Of a stretch of 32,000 nt of DNA, positions 26,013 to 32,000 are shown piece after piece. The notes under the pieces were generated by a model, which did not search any database, was not told the origin of the DNA, and saw only the letters and a program-made list of their open reading frames with translations. The DNA comes from Candidatus Saccharimonadota bacterium (GTDB taxonomy: Bacteria; Pseudomonadota; Gammaproteobacteria; Enterobacterales; Enterobacteriaceae). The position numbers and the translations under genes were made by a program. Position 1 is the first letter of the stretch; each line of letters starts with the position of its first letter. The DNA lies in NCBI RefSeq assembly GCF_004296475.1, contig NZ_AP018162.1:150001-182000 (forward strand). Direction: 5' to 3'.

Positions 26013-28568
26013 ATGAAAGAAGAAAAATATAATCCTAAAAATTTTGAAAATGAAATATATAAAATATGGGAAAAAAATTTTAATTATAAAAATATTAATT
26101 ATGAAGGTAATAATAATTTTAGCATAATTATCCCACCATTAAATATAAATGGTAAGTTACATATAGGTCATTCATTACAATATTATATAATTGATACATT
26201 AATAAGATATAATAGAATGATTGGTAAAAAAATATACAATAAATTTGGATTAGATCATGCAGGAATAGCTACTCAAATATTTATAGAAAAAAATAATAAT
26301 ACTAAAGATAAAAGTATATTAATAAAAAAATCTATTTTATTAAAAAAAAAAATAAAAAAATCTATATTAAAACAAATTGAAAAATTAGGTTTATTAATAA
26401 ATAAAGACAAGTATAGATTTACATTAGATAATCATTATAAATATTCAGTTAGTTATGCATTTATAAAAATGTATAATGATAATTTAATATATAAAGATAG
26501 AAAAATGGTAAATTGGGATTTTAAAATAAATAGTGCTATATCAGATTTAGAAATAGAAAATATAAAAACACTTAGTAAAATTTGGTATATAAAATATTTT
26601 ATATTAAAAAATAAAGAAGATAAAATAGATATAAATAAATATATAATTATAGCAACTACAAGACCAGAAACTATACTAGGAGATTCAGCTGTAGGAATTA
26701 ATATAAATGATAATAGATTTTATAGTTTAAAAAACAATTATGCAGTGGTTCCTATAGTTAATAGAATAGTACCTATAATATTTGATAAATCAATAGATAT
26801 ATTAAAATTTACAGGATGTATTAAAATAACCCCGTCTCATGATTTTAATGATTATAATATAGGTATTAAATATAATTTAAGTTTTATTAATATATTTGAT
26901 GATAATGGAAAAATAAACAATATATTAAAAATATATAAAAACAATATTAAATATTATGAAAATACTCCTAATATAGTATCTAAATTAGATATAAATAAAG
27001 CTAGAGAAGTAATAGTAAATGAATTATATAAATTAAATTTAATATATTTAGTAGAAAATAAATATATTAATATCCCAGTTAATTCAAGAACTATGAATAT
27101 AATTGAACCTATAATAACTACTCAATGGTTTTTAAAAACAAAAAAAATATCAGAAAATTTAAAAGAATTAGTTAAAAATAATGAAATTAAATTTTATCCA
27201 AAAAAATATGAAAATATATATTTTAAATGGATAGATAATATAAAAGATTGGTGTATATCTAGACAAATATGGTGGGGGCATAAAATACCAGTATGGTATG
27301 ATATTAAAAATAATATATATTTAGGATATAATGAAAAATATGTAAGAAATAAATATAAACTTGGAAGTAATATACATATATATCAAGATAAAAATGTTTT
27401 AGATACATGGTTTTCTTCTGGTTTATGGTCTTTTGTTTCATTAGGTTGGCCAAATAAATTAAATAATTTTAAAAAAATAAGCCCATATAATATAGTAATA
27501 AGTGGATTTGATATTATATTTTTTTGGATATCTAGAATGATATTATTATCAAATCTTTTAATAAAAGATAATTTAAAAATACCTTTCAAAGAAATATACC
27601 TAACATGTATAATAAATGATAAATTTGGAAATAAAATATCAAAATCAAATAATAATATTATAAACCCAATAGATATTATAAATGGTAATTTTAAAGAAAA
27701 TACAAAAAAATATTATATAGGATCAGATTGTTTAAGATTAAATTTATTATCATTTAGTAATATAAGAAATATTAAATTAAAATTAGATAAAACTATTATA
27801 TATAGAAATTTTTGTAATAAAATATGGAATGCAAGTAAATTTATTTATATTAATATTAATAGTAATATTTATATTGATTTTTTAAAATATAGTGATTCTT
27901 TTAAAGAAATATCTATATATAATATATGGATAATATTAGAATTTAAAAAGGTATTATTATCTTTTAATAAATTTATTAACAATTATAGACTAGATTTAAT
28001 AATAAATTTAATATATAATTTTGTATGGAATACATTTTGTAATTATTATTTAGAATTTTCTAAATATTTTTTATATTATAGTAATAATGAATTAATTAAG
28101 GAATATTATATAAATACATTATTTTTTATATTAAATTCAATATTAAAATTATCACATCCATTTATACCATTTATTACAGAAAAAATATGGCAATTTTTTA
28201 TAAAAAAATTAAATATAGATAAAAAAAATATTATATTAAATGAAAAATTTCCAGATTTAAATTTATATGAAAAGTTATTAAGTAAAAATAATAGTAATTT
28301 ATATAAATTAGAATATAATATTAATTTTATAATAAATTTAATAAATATAATAAGAAAAATAAAAATAAGTATTAATAAAATATATATATATTTATTAGAA
28401 AATAGTATAAAAATATTAATATTTGATAATTTAAATTTAATAAAAAAAATATCAAAAATAAATGATATTATATTAATAAATGATTATTCTTATAATTTAA
28501 TATTAATAAATATAGATAATATATTAATTAATAAAAAGTTAATAATTTATAAAGATAAGGCTCTTTAG
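26013..28568 (+). CDS. valS: valine--tRNA ligase (851 aa, lacking the C-terminal coiled coil)
   Basis: It has PPLNINGKLHIGH, the editing motifs TTRPETILGD and TGCIKITPSHDFNDY, plus DWCISRQIWWGH and the KMSKS-like KISKS. The last three codons and the stop (gct ctt tag, following the first tRNA base at 28559) lie inside the following tRNA. Confidence 0.97.
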   Translation: MKEEKYNPKNFENEIYKIWEKNFNYKNINYEGNNNFSIIIPPLNINGKLHIGHSLQYYIIDTLIRYNRMIGKKIYNKFGLDHAGIATQIFIEKNNNTKDKSILIKKSILLKKKIKKSILKQIEKLGLLINKDKYRFTLDNHYKYSVSYAFIKMYNDNLIYKDRKMVNWDFKINSAISDLEIENIKTLSKIWYIKYFILKNKEDKIDINKYIIIATTRPETILGDSAVGININDNRFYSLKNNYAVVPIVNRIVPIIFDKSIDILKFTGCIKITPSHDFNDYNIGIKYNLSFINIFDDNGKINNILKIYKNNIKYYENTPNIVSKLDINKAREVIVNELYKLNLIYLVENKYINIPVNSRTMNIIEPIITTQWFLKTKKISENLKELVKNNEIKFYPKKYENIYFKWIDNIKDWCISRQIWWGHKIPVWYDIKNNIYLGYNEKYVRNKYKLGSNIHIYQDKNVLDTWFSSGLWSFVSLGWPNKLNNFKKISPYNIVISGFDIIFFWISRMILLSNLLIKDNLKIPFKEIYLTCIINDKFGNKISKSNNNIINPIDIINGNFKENTKKYYIGSDCLRLNLLSFSNIRNIKLKLDKTIIYRNFCNKIWNASKFIYININSNIYIDFLKYSDSFKEISIYNIWIILEFKKVLLSFNKFINNYRLDLIINLIYNFVWNTFCNYYLEFSKYFLYYSNNELIKEYYINTLFFILNSILKLSHPFIPFITEKIWQFFIKKLNIDKKNIILNEKFPDLNLYEKLLSKNNSNLYKLEYNINFIINLINIIRKIKISINKIYIYLLENSIKILIFDNLNLIKKISKINDIILINDYSYNLILINIDNILINKKLIIYKDKAL

Positions 28569-28630
28569 CTCAGTGGAAGAGCAGACGACTCATAATCGTT
28601 TGGTCGTTGGTTCAAATCCAACAAGAGCCA
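28559..28630 (+). tRNA. ileX: tRNA with CAU anticodon, most similar to tRNA-Ile2 (lysidine type, ileX-like), not an initiator
   Basis: Acceptor GGCTCTT/AAGAGCC with a paired 1:72, anticodon loop CTCATAA, and T arm GTTGG-TTCAAAT-CCAAC. From memory it differs from E. coli ileX almost only by GC-to-AT transitions. No CCA is encoded. Confidence 0.8.
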
Positions 28631-28635
28631 TTATT

Positions 28636-30096
28636 TTAATCATCTAAAAAACTTTTTAATATATCTGATTTACTAGGATGTCTTAATTTTTTTAATGCTT
28701 TAGCTTCTATTTGTCTTATCCTTTCTCTTGTAACATCAAATTGTTTACCTACTTCTTCTAATGTATAGTCGGATTTCATATCTATACCAAATCTCATTTT
28801 TAAAACCTTTTCTTCTCTAGAAGATAATTCAGATAATATATTTTTAGTAGCATTTTTTAAACTATCAAATGTAGCTGATTCTAATGGTAAAATGTTAGAA
28901 GTATCTTCTATAAAATCTCCTATATTAGTATCTTTTTCATCCCCTATAGGTAATTCTATAGAAATAGGCTCTTTAGAAATTCTCATTATTTTTTTTATTT
29001 TTTCTTCTGAAATTAATATTTTTTTAGATAATTCTTCTATTGTAGGTTCTCTTCCGTTCTCTTGTATTATTTTTCTTGATATTTTATTTATTTTATTTAT
29101 TGTTTCTATCATATGAACTGGAATTCTTATTGTTCTAGCTTGATCTGCTATAGATCTAGTTATAGATTGTCTTATCCACCATGTCGCATAAGTTGAAAAT
29201 TTATATCCTTTTTTATATTCAAATTTATCTACAGCTTTCATTAATCCTATATTTCCTTCTTGTATTAAATCTAAGAATTGTAATCCTCTATTTAAATATT
29301 TTTTTGCTATTGATATTACTAATCTTAAATTAGCTTCAATCATTTCTTTTTTAGCTTTTTTAGTTTTTGATTCTCCTACTGATATTCTTTTATTTATATC
29401 TTTTATTTTATTTATATTTATTTCAGATTCATTTTCTATATTTTTTAATTCTTTTATATATTTAAATATTTCATATTTAATTTCAAATAATTTTTTTGAC
29501 CATAATTTTTTACTATTTATTTCATCAAAAACCCAATTATAATCTGATTCATTTTTTAAGAATATTGATAAAAATATATTTCTTGGGATATTACAATAAT
29601 TAATACATAAATCCATTATTAGTTTTTCATTAATTCTAATATTATATATAACTTGTTTTATAGAATTTATTAAAAAATTAATTGATTTTTTAGATAAAAT
29701 TATATTTTTAATTATTTTAAATAATTTTTTTTTTTCTAAATTTATAATTTCATTATTAGAATTAAATTTTATATTATTTATTTTATTATATTGATTTTTT
29801 AATTCTAAAAATATATTTTTAGTTATTTCAGGATCTATATTATTTTCTGTACAAAAAGAAAAATTATTTTTTTTACTAAATATGTTATTTTTATTATAAA
29901 ATCCATCTATTAGATCAAAAATTTTTATTTCTCCTTTTTCTACTAAATTATATTGTTCTAATAAATATGATATTGACTTAGGATATTCTATTATTGCTAA
30001 TTTTATTTCATTTATACCTTCTTCTATATTTTTTGATAATTTTATTTCTTTATCTTTGGTTAAGAGTTCTACTGAACCCATTTCTTTCATGTACAT
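28636..30096 (-). CDS. rpoD: RNA polymerase sigma-70 factor RpoD lacking region 1.1 (486 aa)
   Basis: It starts [18 protein letters not shown], which is region 1.2 (E. coli ..VRMYMREMGTVELLTREGEI at about residue 95). Regions 2-4 are nearly identical to E. coli: [47 protein letters not shown] and [23 protein letters not shown]. Confidence 0.98.
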   Translation of the reverse strand: MYMKEMGSVELLTKDKEIKLSKNIEEGINEIKLAIIEYPKSISYLLEQYNLVEKGEIKIFDLIDGFYNKNNIFSKKNNFSFCTENNIDPEITKNIFLELKNQYNKINNIKFNSNNEIINLEKKKLFKIIKNIILSKKSINFLINSIKQVIYNIRINEKLIMDLCINYCNIPRNIFLSIFLKNESDYNWVFDEINSKKLWSKKLFEIKYEIFKYIKELKNIENESEININKIKDINKRISVGESKTKKAKKEMIEANLRLVISIAKKYLNRGLQFLDLIQEGNIGLMKAVDKFEYKKGYKFSTYATWWIRQSITRSIADQARTIRIPVHMIETINKINKISRKIIQENGREPTIEELSKKILISEEKIKKIMRISKEPISIELPIGDEKDTNIGDFIEDTSNILPLESATFDSLKNATKNILSELSSREEKVLKMRFGIDMKSDYTLEEVGKQFDVTRERIRQIEAKALKKLRHPSKSDILKSFLDD

Positions 30097-30176
30097 TTTT
30101 ATAAAAAATATTTATTTATAATTTTATTATATTTTAATATATATTTTTAATTATTAATTATAATAATTTAATAAAA

Positions 30177-31859
30177 TTATTTTTTAAATAATTTTAAATT
30201 TAATAACCACAATTTATTTTTTTCAATTTTATTTAAACCTATTTTTTTATCTTTTTTTATTAAATATTCTTGTATATTTTTTATAAAAAATTTATTTATC
30301 CATTTTAATATATCAATAAATACTATATTAGTATATTTTATATTTATCATATGATTATATTTTGAAAAGTATAATATCTTTTCAAAAAAAATATTTTTTT
30401 TTAATAAATTTAATAATTTATATGTATTAAATATTTTATTATTTTTATATATTTTAAATATTTCTATTAATATATTACATTTATATTTTTCTATTATATA
30501 TTTTAATTCTTTTTTATTATTTATATAATAATAATAATTTGGATTTTGTATTAATAATATAGTAAATAATTTTAATGGATTTATATTATTTTTATTAAAA
30601 GTTATTTTTTTATTAAAATTATTATTAATATTTCTATTATATAAATTAAAATTAATATTTATTTCTTTTTTTAGAAAAAATTTTATTAATTTTCCTGGTA
30701 TTTTTTTTAAAAATTTTTTTATTAATCTTATTAATTTTATTTTTTCATATATATTAGATATATTAATATTTTTTTTTATTACCTTAAAAAAAAAATCATA
30801 AAAATACATAGAATTATCTATCATATTTTCAAATTTCGTCTTTCCTATTTTTCTTATTAAAGAATCTGGATCTTCGTTTTTAGGTAAAAATAAAAATTTA
30901 ACTTCTCTGTCATCTGTTATATAACATAAAATTTTATTTAACATTTTCCATGAAGCCACCCTTCCGGCTTTATCTCCATCATAACAAAATATTATTCTAT
31001 TAGAATTATTAAATAATATTTTTATTTGTTCTTCTGTAGTTGATGTTCCTAATGATGATAAAGCATAATCTATACCATTAAAATGCAATGATATTACATC
31101 AGTATATCCTTCTACTAATAATAATTTATTTATTTTAAAGTGTTTTTCTTTTATTTCTGCAAGTCCATATAATATATTTCTTTTTTTAAAAATTTTATTA
31201 TCTTTAGAATTTATATATTTAGGATATTTATCATCTAATCTTCTTCCCCCAATACCAATTATATTACCAAATGTGTTTTTTATAGGAAAAATTATTCTTA
31301 AATTAAATTTATCAATATGTATATTTTTATATTTTATAATTAATCCTAAATTTTTTAATAAATATAAGTTTTTAAAATTATTAATTAATACATTATTATA
31401 TGAAAATCCTATATTAAAAAATTTTATTATATTTATATCCCATTTTTTATCACTTATAAATTTTAATAAATATTTATTATTTATATTTTCTATTAAATTT
31501 TTTTTATATATATTACATATCTCATTCATTTTGCTATATAAAAAAAAATATTTATTTTTTTTTATATTTGATAAATTATATTTATTTTTTATATCTATAT
31601 TTAAAAGTTTTATTGTTTCATAAAAATTTATATTATAGTAATTTTTTATAAAATCTATTATATTTCCATGAGCTCCACATCCAAAACAATGATATTTTTT
31701 TTTTAATTCATTTACAACAAATGATGGATTATTTTCTTTATGAAATGGACATAAAGCAAAAAAATTATCTCCTATTTTTTTTAAATTTAAAATTAATTTT
31801 ACAAAATCAATTATACTTATATCTTTTAATAAATTGCTAATATATATGTTATTATCCAT
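30177..31859 (-). CDS. dnaG: DNA primase
   Basis: It has the Zn finger CPFHKENNPSFVV..YHCFGCGAHGN and the TOPRIM motifs LVEGYTDV and FCYDGDKAG, and is 560 aa. Confidence 0.95.
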   Translation of the reverse strand: MDNNIYISNLLKDISIIDFVKLILNLKKIGDNFFALCPFHKENNPSFVVNELKKKYHCFGCGAHGNIIDFIKNYYNINFYETIKLLNIDIKNKYNLSNIKKNKYFFLYSKMNEICNIYKKNLIENINNKYLLKFISDKKWDINIIKFFNIGFSYNNVLINNFKNLYLLKNLGLIIKYKNIHIDKFNLRIIFPIKNTFGNIIGIGGRRLDDKYPKYINSKDNKIFKKRNILYGLAEIKEKHFKINKLLLVEGYTDVISLHFNGIDYALSSLGTSTTEEQIKILFNNSNRIIFCYDGDKAGRVASWKMLNKILCYITDDREVKFLFLPKNEDPDSLIRKIGKTKFENMIDNSMYFYDFFFKVIKKNINISNIYEKIKLIRLIKKFLKKIPGKLIKFFLKKEININFNLYNRNINNNFNKKITFNKNNINPLKLFTILLIQNPNYYYYINNKKELKYIIEKYKCNILIEIFKIYKNNKIFNTYKLLNLLKKNIFFEKILYFSKYNHMINIKYTNIVFIDILKWINKFFIKNIQEYLIKKDKKIGLNKIEKNKLWLLNLKLFKK

Positions 31860-31864
31860 TAAAA

Positions 31865-32000
31865 TTATAATTTATTTATTTTATTTTTTTTATTTATTTT
31901 TTTTTTTATTAGTAATTTATATTTTTTTCTTTTTGTAGTAGGTTTTTCATAAAATTCTCTTCGCTTAATTTCTGATATTATTCCAGCTTTTTCACATGAT
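31865..32000 (-). CDS. rpsU: 30S ribosomal protein S21, partial (N-terminus beyond the window end)
   Basis: My hand translation ..[44 protein letters not shown] matches S21 (..[26 protein letters not shown]..). It lies upstream of dnaG-rpoD, as in the macromolecular synthesis operon. Confidence 0.9.
   Translation of the reverse strand, partial: SCEKAGIISEIKRREFYEKPTTKRKKYKLLIKKKINKKNKINKL

Noticed and set aside
31273-31623. 116-aa plus-strand ORF inside dnaG.
   Set aside because: It is antisense to the dnaG TOPRIM and N-terminal region, and its product is hydrophobic low-complexity sequence typical of poly-T-rich antisense frames.
1-32000. Possible UGA (or other) codon reassignment, as seen in some tiny symbiont genomes.
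   Set aside because: All conserved genes translate full length with the standard code, Trp positions use TGG, and no in-frame TGA sits at conserved Trp sites.
1-32000. Search for CRISPR arrays, IS elements or transposases, phage genes, toxin-antitoxin or defence systems, and long direct repeats.
   Set aside because: - Every ORF of meaningful length is accounted for by a housekeeping homologue.
- Spacers are at most 165 nt.
- I saw no repeat-spacer periodicity or terminal inverted repeats by eye. A computational repeat search would be needed to exclude short dispersed repeats.

Overview
This window is extremely AT-rich (by eye roughly 85% A+T) and almost gap-free. It looks like a highly reduced gammaproteobacterial (Enterobacterales-like) genome, most likely an obligate insect endosymbiont; I cannot name the taxon from sequence alone. 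I can support about 36 housekeeping protein genes, 5 tRNAs and the RNase P RNA.

The protein genes cover:
- translation: leuS, valS, asnS, cysS, trpS, epmA, rpsF/R/U, rplI, rpmB/E/G
- RNA modification and processing: rsmI, prmB, miaA, tsaE, rlmB, tusE, ybeY, rne, orn
- replication and transcription: dnaX, holA, dnaG, rpoD
- proteolysis: hslVU
- a few metabolic genes: aroC, adk, fpr, tpiA, ppa, psd

Gene order is a series of E. coli-like synteny blocks joined at clean deletion scars. I see no mobile elements, CRISPR arrays, defence islands, secondary-metabolite loci or codon reassignment, so I found no novel multi-gene system.

What deserves a second look is genome-erosion biology that is visible directly in the sequence:
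1. psd and tsaE are broken only by frameshifts at homopolymer runs, with every conserved motif still readable in the shifted frames.
2. A 5'-truncated rlmB SpoU domain stays open for about 177 codons without any ATG/GTG/TTG. Its frame opens inside an A7 run at the end of miaA.
3. The stop codons of adk and valS lie inside the 5' acceptor stems of tRNA genes.
4. The LeuRS CP1 editing site has decayed, while ValRS keeps its editing motifs.
5. rpoD starts exactly at region 1.2 (no region 1.1), dnaX has only the gamma-like core, and rne has only the catalytic half.
6. A truncated TusE/DsrC-like gene sits next to tRNA-Ser.
7. None of the tRNAs encodes CCA.
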